Below, in pieces: positions 27,299-34,917 of a stretch of DNA of 64,000 nucleotides; position 1 is the first letter of the stretch, and each line of letters starts with the position of its first letter. The notes under the pieces were generated by a model. It did no database searches, had not been told where the DNA came from, and worked only from the letters and a program-made list of their open reading frames with translations. The position numbers and the translations under genes were made by a program. Origin of the DNA: an uncultured Candidatus Saccharibacteria bacterium (GTDB taxonomy: Bacteria > Patescibacteriota > Saccharimonadia > Saccharimonadales > UBA7683); the NCBI GenBank assembly GCA_964632215.1, contig CAZWBG010000002.1:8561-72560 (forward strand). The letters are read 5' to 3'.

Positions 27299-28477
27299 CT
27301 AGAAGTGTATAAAGTACAGTCCCCCTGCGCTAATCGTGGTTGGAGGTGTATAACGTCCATCCATACCAGCATTGTACTGAGACACCACTATGGTACCATC
27401 GCCATTTACCGCTTCCACGTACATGGCGTGACCATAGTAGCCCGCCATTGAGATAGCGACATCTCCAGCTCGTGGGTTACTGTCGTACGGGATTCCTGAA
27501 GCAGCCGCACGGCCTGGCCACTGGTTTGCATTTGCTGGACCAGTTCTACCCCAGTTTGGCATGTTTCTACCAGATTGAGCTACTTTAAAAGCTGCGTAAC
27601 TAACACATTCACGGTTATACATGCCCCAATCATCGGCTACAGAATCCATAGGAATCTCACACCACTTACCTGGGTAGCCACCGCCACATGCCGGGCCAGT
27701 ACCTGGCGAACCGCCGGTAAATCGTCGGTTGGCTGCTGCCTGCTGGGCACGAAGTGCGGATATCTCTGTAGACTTTAATTGTACAGATGCGTCGAAACTA
27801 GCTTTATCTTGGCTCACCGCTGCAAGTTTAGTACTCGCCTCGCCTTCTTTTTGCGAGAGTGAACCACGCAGTGTCTTCTGTTCATCTAAAATTCGGATAA
27901 CTTCCTTACGTTGATCATCAAGTTGTTTCTTTAAACGCTCAATCTCATCTAGTGTACTAGTGATACTGTCCTTGATTCTATCCCGATACTCTTGCTTATC
28001 AACAAAATCACCTAGATTTTTGCTTGAAGCGATCATCTCGAGTGGTGAAATATCACCTTCTATATACATAGATTTAATGTTGGCAGAGAGCATCTCTTTT
28101 TGCTCATCTAACTTCTTTTGCGCATCTTCAATCTGAGTTGTTAATTCATTTTGCTTCGCTTGGTTCGTATCAATCTGAGCTTGAATGCCAGCAATTTGGT
28201 TACGTAATGTGTCAATTTCACCCTGAATACCACCAGCCTGTACACCGAGTACGTCAGATTGTGCTTGTGCCTGAGCTTGCTCAGCTTGCTTCTGCTTAAT
28301 CTGCTCTTCAAATTGGTCGGCATGCACTAAGGGTGTACCGAGAATTGTGAACACCACAACTGCCGCTGCAATGAGCGGTGTTAATTTTGGGATCTTTCTA
28401 GCTTGGTTTTTGTGGTGGACCATAGTCTTATTTAGGGTAGCATAAGCATATTTACGAGTCAAATTTAGTAGTTTCAT
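27299..28477 (-). CDS. PcsB-like secreted peptidoglycan hydrolase: coiled-coil plus C-terminal CHAP domain (paralog 2)
   Basis: Same architecture as paralog 1. CHAP is ECVSYAAFKV ... GHAMYVEAV. Strong AAGGAGG Shine-Dalgarno 8 nt upstream of the ATG at 28477. Confidence 0.85.
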   Translation of the reverse strand: MKLLNLTRKYAYATLNKTMVHHKNQARKIPKLTPLIAAAVVVFTILGTPLVHADQFEEQIKQKQAEQAQAQAQSDVLGVQAGGIQGEIDTLRNQIAGIQAQIDTNQAKQNELTTQIEDAQKKLDEQKEMLSANIKSMYIEGDISPLEMIASSKNLGDFVDKQEYRDRIKDSITSTLDEIERLKKQLDDQRKEVIRILDEQKTLRGSLSQKEGEASTKLAAVSQDKASFDASVQLKSTEISALRAQQAAANRRFTGGSPGTGPACGGGYPGKWCEIPMDSVADDWGMYNRECVSYAAFKVAQSGRNMPNWGRTGPANANQWPGRAAASGIPYDSNPRAGDVAISMAGYYGHAMYVEAVNGDGTIVVSQYNAGMDGRYTPPTTISAGGLYFIHF

Positions 28478-28535
28478 CTACAACACCTCCTTATCATTAA
28501 GCCTCGACCTTTTACTTCAAACAATAAAATTTCGC

Positions 28536-28583
28536 AACATAAAACAACAGTCTAGTATTCTGGATAAGTCGAGAATACTAGAC
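28536..28583 (-). terminator. Rho-independent terminator downstream of ftsX
   Basis: Minus strand: GTCTAGTATTCT, 10-nt loop, AGAATACTAGAC (perfect 12 bp, 28583-28550), followed by UGUUGUUUUAUGUUG. Confidence 0.7.
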
Positions 28584-28596
28584 TCGCTTGAGTATC

Positions 28597-29553
28597 TTAC
28601 TTGATCGAATGAAGCTTTAAGTGTTTTCGGATAGCCAGATACGCCGAGAATCCACCGATCAGAATACCAATACCTACAGTAACCAGTACAACTAGTACAC
28701 CCAGATGCTGGAAGCGCGTAACGGTCGGCTGGATCTCTTCTACGTAACCACTCAGTTTTGGTGCCTGAGCCAAAACAGCTAGGTAGAAGAAGGCTGAAGC
28801 AGCTACGCCAGCAATAGCCCCGTAGATACTAGCTTCCACTAAGAATGGCCCTCTGATATACCACTTGCTCGCCCCGATCAGTTGCATAATCTCGATCTCA
28901 TCTTTACGATTAAAAATAGTCATGCGAATCGTATTCAAGATCACCAGCACTGAAATACCACCGAAGATAATACTAGCTATTAAGCCTGCGTTACGCAGGA
29001 ATTTCGCAATATTTCCAAGCCGATCTACCGCCGTTCGCTTGGCGTTATCTTTATACGAGTCTTTATCTACAATCACCTTATATTTTTCTTGACGAGCAAC
29101 CTCTACGACATTCTGTAACTTATCTGTATCGAGAGTCTTAACACGTATACTAGCCGGGAAGGCATCTTTCGTCTGGGCAATTGCCTGTAGCGTTTTAATA
29201 TCATCCTGATTTTGAGCTTCAAAAGATGCTCGAGCTTCATCTTTTGATATATACGTGACTTCCCTGACTTCTAGATCACCATTGTTACGAAGTTCAGCTG
29301 AGAGTTGATCAATCTGTTCCTTAGAAGCCTCAGCCTTAAAGAAGATAGAAACATCAATTTTTTCAGTAAAGGTAGCTACCGTACTATTAAGTGTATAGCT
29401 TGCAAAAAGAGTAACCAGGATACAAGCCAAGGTGAGAGTCATAACAAGTGTGGCGGCTACCGAAAGCCAGGCATTACGCATAAAGCTCTGTAGACCCGCT
29501 ACAAATACCCGGCGAACGTTTACAAGCTTTCTTCTCAAACTACTGCCTCGCAT
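28597..29553 (-). CDS. ftsX: Cell-division ABC transporter permease-like protein FtsX
   Basis: Four-TM topology with a large first extracytoplasmic loop. TAATG overlap with ftsE. Confidence 0.9.
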   Translation of the reverse strand: MRGSSLRRKLVNVRRVFVAGLQSFMRNAWLSVAATLVMTLTLACILVTLFASYTLNSTVATFTEKIDVSIFFKAEASKEQIDQLSAELRNNGDLEVREVTYISKDEARASFEAQNQDDIKTLQAIAQTKDAFPASIRVKTLDTDKLQNVVEVARQEKYKVIVDKDSYKDNAKRTAVDRLGNIAKFLRNAGLIASIIFGGISVLVILNTIRMTIFNRKDEIEIMQLIGASKWYIRGPFLVEASIYGAIAGVAASAFFYLAVLAQAPKLSGYVEEIQPTVTRFQHLGVLVVLVTVGIGILIGGFSAYLAIRKHLKLHSIK

Positions 29554-30245
29554 TATGCTGCCCTCTTTTCATTTCGGTGCTCTGCACCAGTATCCTGGGC
29601 AATCTTTCCATGCTCAATAGTAACCACTCGCCGATTTAATCGGCGAACAATATCTTGGTTGTGCGTGGTCATCAGCACCGTTGTGCCATACTGATTGACC
29701 TTCTCTAGTACTGAAACGACATCCCAGGCATGTTTCGGATCAAGGTTACCTGTAGGCTCATCTGCTATAAGGATTTTTGGCTGACGAACTACAGCCCTGG
29801 CGATCGCTACACGTTGCTGCTCACCACCGGAGAGTTCGCGTGGGAAGTTTTTTTCCTTACCGGTTAACCCGACAAGGTCTATCACTTTCGGCACCGTATA
29901 GTTGATCTCACGGTTCGTCATACCAACAATCTCTAGCGCAAAGGCAACATTCTCAAATACAGTTCGGTTTGGTAACAGTTTAAAGTCTTGGAAAATAGTA
30001 CCGATCTTACGGCGTAGCAATGGTACCTCGCGGTCCTTTAGCTGATCGTAATCGATTCCACCAACAACGATCTTACCGGAAGTTGGTTTCTCTTCACGAG
30101 TCAACAGCTTTAATAGAGTAGATTTACCAGCTCCACTCGTACCGACAATGAGTACAAATTCTTTTGGTGCAATATGAAGACTCACACGATCAAGTGCGAG
30201 TGCCTTTTTGCCATATTTTTTCGTAACCCTATCTAAAAGTATCAC
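29553..30245 (-). CDS. ftsE: Cell-division ATP-binding protein FtsE
   Basis: Walker A GTSGAGKST, signature LSGGEQQR, Walker B ILIADEPT. Start set at the GTG at 30245 (MILLDRVTKKYG), preceded by a TACAAT -10; the ORF-track TTG at 30281 would lie in the -35. Confidence 0.9.
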   Translation of the reverse strand: MILLDRVTKKYGKKALALDRVSLHIAPKEFVLIVGTSGAGKSTLLKLLTREEKPTSGKIVVGGIDYDQLKDREVPLLRRKIGTIFQDFKLLPNRTVFENVAFALEIVGMTNREINYTVPKVIDLVGLTGKEKNFPRELSGGEQQRVAIARAVVRQPKILIADEPTGNLDPKHAWDVVSVLEKVNQYGTTVLMTTHNQDIVRRLNRRVVTIEHGKIAQDTGAEHRNEKRAA

Positions 30246-30281
30246 GGTTATGATTGTACCAAAATAGCCGGAAATATCCAA
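30246..30281 (-). promoter_or_regulatory. ftsEX promoter, leaderless geometry
   Basis: Minus strand: TTGGAT (30281-30276), 17-nt spacer, TACAAT (30258-30253), then 7 nt to the GTG at 30245. Confidence 0.5.
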
Positions 30282-30542
30282 AGCTTGTTCACGACTTAAA
30301 TGCCCTATTTAAGGGGTGCTCGTGTAATCTATTTAGCACTACCTAGTACGCACTCGTTTTTCACAACACATTGCTCGCAAGGCAGTGCCACCAACTCCTC
30401 GCCCTGGCCGCGCTTTACGATGTGCTCTCTAAGCGCATGACGGCCACCATAAGCCATCTCACCATCTAGGGTTGTTGGACTAGTTGCTCTATTCCTAATT
30501 GTGCACTCTGCATATATTTTATGTTATGACATATAGGTCAAG

Positions 30543-31601
30543 TTAATTCAAGAATGGGTCAAGTGCACCACCTAAAACCTTCTGTGCATCGTGTTCTTCA
30601 TGCTTGTTGCGGGTATCTTTGACCAGGGTATATGGGTGCAATACATAATTTCTGATCTGGTTCCCCCATGCCGCTTCCTGATTAGCACCTTTTAGTTCCG
30701 ATATTTTCTCGGCATGCTGTTCAATCTTAAGCTGTGCTAGTTTTGAACGCAGAATCTTCATAGCCGTTTCCTTATTTTGTAGCTGAGAACGTTCGTTTTG
30801 AATCGCTACCACGATATTGGTTGGCAGATGTGTAATACGAACGGCTGAATCAGTCGTATTGACACTCTGTCCGCCGTGGCCACCAGCACGGAAAACATCA
30901 GTCCGTAGATCTTTTTCATCTATCTCTACCTCATCAGGTGCATCAATTTGTGGCAATACCTCCACCATTGCAAAGCTTGTCTGGCGCAGATTATCGGCAT
31001 TAAAGGGACTAAGCCGTACTAAACGATGTACGCCATGCTCACTCTGTAGCTTTCCGTAGGCGTTAACTCCACTGACAGATAGTACTGCACTCTTTATACC
31101 TGCTTCGTCACCACTAGATTCTTCAATTACCTGGGCCTTATAGCCTGACTTTTCCGCCCATCGCAGGTACATACGCTCTAACATTTGAGTCCAATCCATA
31201 GCGTCTACCCCGCCCGCCCCAGCATGAAGGCGTAAAATTACATCGTGATCGTCATAGGGACCATTATATTTAAGGCTTTTTTGCAAGGCAGCAAGCTGTT
31301 CTTCAGCCTCAGATAACTGACTAATTAGTTCTGCCTGTAGTGAGGAATCATTCAACTCAGCAAGCTCAGTGAGCTCAATAAGCTTGCTTTTCAGATCAAC
31401 CCAAGGCTCCACTACTGCCTTTAACTTTGCTTGCTGCTTGCTTAAATCTTGGGCACGTAGATTATCCTTCCAGACATCTGGATCCTCTAGTTGGGCATCT
31501 AGTTTTACGAGCTTTTCTTGCCGCTGTGAAAAATCTGCGTCATCCCATAATTTCTGGATAGCAGCCTGAAGGTCTTTAATCTGTTTTAGTGTCTCATGCA
31601 T
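30543..31601 (-). CDS. prfB: Peptide chain release factor 2, encoded in one frame with no +1 frameshift site
   Basis: SPF tripeptide (LVRLSPFNA) and GGQ (AGGHGGQSVN). The N-terminal region aligning to the E. coli frameshift site is in frame. Confidence 0.95.
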   Translation of the reverse strand: MHETLKQIKDLQAAIQKLWDDADFSQRQEKLVKLDAQLEDPDVWKDNLRAQDLSKQQAKLKAVVEPWVDLKSKLIELTELAELNDSSLQAELISQLSEAEEQLAALQKSLKYNGPYDDHDVILRLHAGAGGVDAMDWTQMLERMYLRWAEKSGYKAQVIEESSGDEAGIKSAVLSVSGVNAYGKLQSEHGVHRLVRLSPFNADNLRQTSFAMVEVLPQIDAPDEVEIDEKDLRTDVFRAGGHGGQSVNTTDSAVRITHLPTNIVVAIQNERSQLQNKETAMKILRSKLAQLKIEQHAEKISELKGANQEAAWGNQIRNYVLHPYTLVKDTRNKHEEHDAQKVLGGALDPFLN

Positions 31602-31627
31602 ACTCAGTTAGTATACAATATACTGAG
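31602..31627. promoter_or_regulatory. 26-nt divergent prfB/murI spacer with back-to-back -10-like hexamers
   Basis: TACAAT (31614-31619, plus strand) lies 8 nt before the murI ATG. TATACT (complement of 31610-31615) lies 8 nt before the prfB ATG. Inverted repeat CTCAGT/ACTGAG at the ends. The -35 regions are poor. Confidence 0.4.
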
Positions 31628-32278
31628 ATGAAACGGATTGGTATATTTGATTCTGGTATTGGTGGAGTAGCTTTTGCAAAAGCGCTCGAAAGTCACCACC
31701 CTGATTTTTCTATACGAGTAATCCAAGATAGCAAACATGTACCCTACGGCACCAAAATGCCCACAGAGATCGAGCGGTTAACTGACACCGCCATTCAGCC
31801 ATTACTTGGATATGATGTTATCGTTTTGGCCTGTAACACGGCTACTGCCTATGCGATAGATTACCTTCGCATCAAGTACCCTCAACAAAAATTTGTAGGA
31901 TTTGAGCCAGCAATTAAGATAGCTCGTGGGCGCACCAAAACAGCTAATATAGCGATCTTGGCAACACCCGCAACTCTTAAAAGCCCTCGGTACCTAAACC
32001 TCAAGGCAATCCATGGTATCGGTTTGAATATATACGAACCTGATCTAAGCACTCTCGCCTACCAGATTGAGCACAACTCTGTAAAGGAGGTAGCGCTTGA
32101 AAAGCTTATGGAAATGTTGACCCAACAAAAAGTAGATACCGTGGTGCTTGGCTGCACCCACTATCATCTAATACAGGATCGTTTGCGGAAATTTGCAGGC
32201 CCAACTGTCGAAATTATACTACCTACTCAAGCCGTAATACGACATATTGAGCACATACTGGGTGATCCTAGTTCTTAG
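31628..32278 (+). CDS. murI: Glutamate racemase
   Basis: IGIFDSGIGGVAF, and catalytic Cys contexts LACNTA and LGCTHY. Start at the ATG at 31628 (MKRIGIFDSG). Confidence 0.9.
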   Translation: MKRIGIFDSGIGGVAFAKALESHHPDFSIRVIQDSKHVPYGTKMPTEIERLTDTAIQPLLGYDVIVLACNTATAYAIDYLRIKYPQQKFVGFEPAIKIARGRTKTANIAILATPATLKSPRYLNLKAIHGIGLNIYEPDLSTLAYQIEHNSVKEVALEKLMEMLTQQKVDTVVLGCTHYHLIQDRLRKFAGPTVEIILPTQAVIRHIEHILGDPSS

Positions 32279-33563
32279 AAGCAAGAGATGTAACAGCTGA
32301 CTTAAACTGATCACCACGGTCTTGATAGTTCTTGAACATACCAAAACTAGCATGTGCAGGACTTAGTAGCACCACTCCACCACTTTGAGAACGAGCAGTG
32401 GCCTCAGCAACAATAGCCGACATGGTCACTTCTTGACCCAGATTAATGTACTGTGTGAAGTTTTGTTTCTTAAGATCATTCTCAAGTCGCTCGGCACTTT
32501 GTCCAATTAGGACAACAAAGTGCCGCTGCGGATCAAGCTCTCTGAGCACTTCAGATACATCAATGCCCTTGTCAGAGCCACCTAAAATGAGGATGGTTGG
32601 CTCACTGAAAGATCTGATAGCGGCCAGAGTAGACCCCACGCTCGTAGCCTGACTATCGTCATAATAACGGATACCGCTAGCCTCACCCGCAAGCTCAAGT
32701 CGATGCGGTAAGCCCTTAAATGACACTATCGCTGATTTAATAGCCGACTTGTCCTGTGTGTAATACCAAGTGGCTGTGAGCGCGGCGCAAATATTGTCTA
32801 GGTTATGTTTCCCAAGCAGACCTACCTCAGACACTGCACAGATAATCTGATCATAAATAACAATTGACTCACCCCGTACGTAGGCACCCTCTGGGGTTTG
32901 GTAGCGTTTCTTACTAAGCGCTGGCGAAAGATCTGCGATCTGCTGGGAGTACTGATCTGCTGGGTGATAAACTAATAAATCATCTTCTTGCTGATGTACG
33001 GCAATTTGGGCTTTTGCCACAACGTATTCTTCCATTGAGCCATGCACATCTTGATGGTCTGGCTCAATCATTAATACCACTGCAGTCTCAGGCGACTTTT
33101 CCAGGTCCCATAACTGAAAACTAGAGAGCTCAAACACCACAATATCTTCAGGCTCAATGGTTGGTAATATCTCAAGCGCCGGAATACCGATATTACCCAC
33201 TAGATGAACGGTCTGTCCGCTCGTCCGAAGCATCTGGGTGATTAGACTACAGGTGGTCCCCTTACCTTTGGTGCCCGTCACGCCGATGATTGGTGCTGGG
33301 CACTGGGTAAAAAATTCATTCGTAGCCGACCAGATCTTACCATTGGTGCTAATTTTAGTAGGGTTAAAACTTGCAGTACGTATTACAAGGTCGAAATCAT
33401 TCAGTTGATTCGGCGCATCAGAGCCCAAGATTGTTTTTGCTTTTGGTGGCACATCATCGATTGAAGACTTTTGATCAACAATCGTCACATCTGCACCTTG
33501 GCTCAACCAATACTTATAATTAACTCTTCCTTCCATTCCGTAGCCAAGAATTGCCACCCGCAT
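32268..33563 (-). CDS. murD: UDP-N-acetylmuramoyl-L-alanine--D-glutamate ligase
   Basis: GVTGTKGKGTT P-loop and YDDSQATSVGSTLAAI. Start at the ATG at 33563 (MRVAILGYG), 2 nt after the upstream stop; a GTG at 33575 is an alternative. The 3' end overlaps the murI 3' end by 11 nt (convergent). Confidence 0.9.
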   Translation of the reverse strand: MRVAILGYGMEGRVNYKYWLSQGADVTIVDQKSSIDDVPPKAKTILGSDAPNQLNDFDLVIRTASFNPTKISTNGKIWSATNEFFTQCPAPIIGVTGTKGKGTTCSLITQMLRTSGQTVHLVGNIGIPALEILPTIEPEDIVVFELSSFQLWDLEKSPETAVVLMIEPDHQDVHGSMEEYVVAKAQIAVHQQEDDLLVYHPADQYSQQIADLSPALSKKRYQTPEGAYVRGESIVIYDQIICAVSEVGLLGKHNLDNICAALTATWYYTQDKSAIKSAIVSFKGLPHRLELAGEASGIRYYDDSQATSVGSTLAAIRSFSEPTILILGGSDKGIDVSEVLRELDPQRHFVVLIGQSAERLENDLKKQNFTQYINLGQEVTMSAIVAEATARSQSGGVVLLSPAHASFGMFKNYQDRGDQFKSAVTSLASKN

Positions 33564-33565
33564 AG

Positions 33566-34849
33566 TTACCGCCACAACTTTGCGAGCTCTTTATAAAGCT
33601 CATCTACAAACTCTTGATTACTATCGCCAAGCACGCCAAAATCCCAGAGTTGAGCTGCTTGAAATTTCTGGGCAATATTGGTTACACGCTTGGTAGTGAC
33701 ACCTTTTATACGTTCTGGCACGCGATAATAGTCATTCACCTCGCCAGTCATGGCATACTCGTAACCATAGGCATTCACAATACTACCAACTGTTTGAGCT
33801 GACATCTGAAAGCTCCCCAGCGCATAGTTCTTGGCAGCTTTGAGAAGCTCTGGCGTAATACCGCCGCTCAATACTACCTGCAACTGTTTAACGATAATCT
33901 GAATCACCTTTTTAGCATTTTCTTGACTAACCTGAAAATCAAAATCCCAGACTGTGTAGTCGTGCCCTCGACTAGCCGATGACCAGATGTGATAAGCTAA
34001 GCCTTTTTCGCGAATTTCACCCAAAATGAGCGAATCCATAGTAGCAGTAAGAATGTTATTGAGAGCATTCAGTGCATCAATTTCGGGTTCAGTAATACGA
34101 TACGGCAACAGCATACTGAAGCTCACATATAACGATTCTACTGCTTTATTTTCAACATAGAGTGGAGTTTGTTGCTGTACAAGCTTGGTAGTAGGTAGCT
34201 CAAACTTCTCACCCTCAGGTAATTGCAGTTTTCGCTCAATTGTCTTAATAATATTGTCCTTGCGACCAGCCATCTTGCCAGCAACTGTGAAGGATACGTT
34301 GCGCAGAGCATGTGTTTTAATGTAATGCGCTTTGACATCAGCAATATCAATATTACCCAGATTTGCCAACCGAGCACGGTCACTTGTAACCAAAAAACCC
34401 ATGCGCTCACTTAGGGCAATGCCTAGTTGACGAAAATAATTGCTCAAATTTCCCGTAAGCTCTTCTTTAACATTCCCCATTTCAGCACTAAACTCATCTG
34501 GTAAAAAGAGAGGCTTGGACATTGAGAGCATAAGTAAATCTAAAATTCGATCCCACTCAAAATCGGCACATTCTCCAACATAGCCCACGCTATAGGTATT
34601 GGTGTAAGCATTTGTGTAAGCACCGTTTTTCTTAACTTCTGCCTCAAAAAGCCGAGCTTTTTTATATTCTTGGTTTGCTCCGCACAGCAAATGCTCCATA
34701 ACATGTGGTGTCTCCCACTTACCATCTGAGGCCAAATAATAACCGGCACGCAAGCTAAAATCGTAATTTACTACAGTGGCGTCCGGCACATCAATAAGCA
34801 ATCCCGTCACGCCATTTTTTAATTTTACTTCTTTTACTGTATGTCTCAT
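33566..34849 (-). CDS. M16 (pitrilysin/insulinase) family zinc peptidase
   Basis: The inverted zinc motif HxxEH is present as HVMEH; 427 aa. Confidence 0.8.
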   Translation of the reverse strand: MRHTVKEVKLKNGVTGLLIDVPDATVVNYDFSLRAGYYLASDGKWETPHVMEHLLCGANQEYKKARLFEAEVKKNGAYTNAYTNTYSVGYVGECADFEWDRILDLLMLSMSKPLFLPDEFSAEMGNVKEELTGNLSNYFRQLGIALSERMGFLVTSDRARLANLGNIDIADVKAHYIKTHALRNVSFTVAGKMAGRKDNIIKTIERKLQLPEGEKFELPTTKLVQQQTPLYVENKAVESLYVSFSMLLPYRITEPEIDALNALNNILTATMDSLILGEIREKGLAYHIWSSASRGHDYTVWDFDFQVSQENAKKVIQIIVKQLQVVLSGGITPELLKAAKNYALGSFQMSAQTVGSIVNAYGYEYAMTGEVNDYYRVPERIKGVTTKRVTNIAQKFQAAQLWDFGVLGDSNQEFVDELYKELAKLWR

Positions 34850-34917
34850 ATTATATTCATCCTATCTTATAAGCGGCGGCTGATCTACCTTGCTTTGCAT
34901 AGACAATAACTCAGTAA

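Noticed and set aside
30543-31601. I looked for the programmed +1 frameshift site of prfB.
   Set aside because: The whole RF2 (352 aa), including the region homologous to the E. coli shift site (…KLWDDADFSQRQEKL…), is in one frame. Frameshift-less prfB genes are known in some lineages, so this is not an anomaly.
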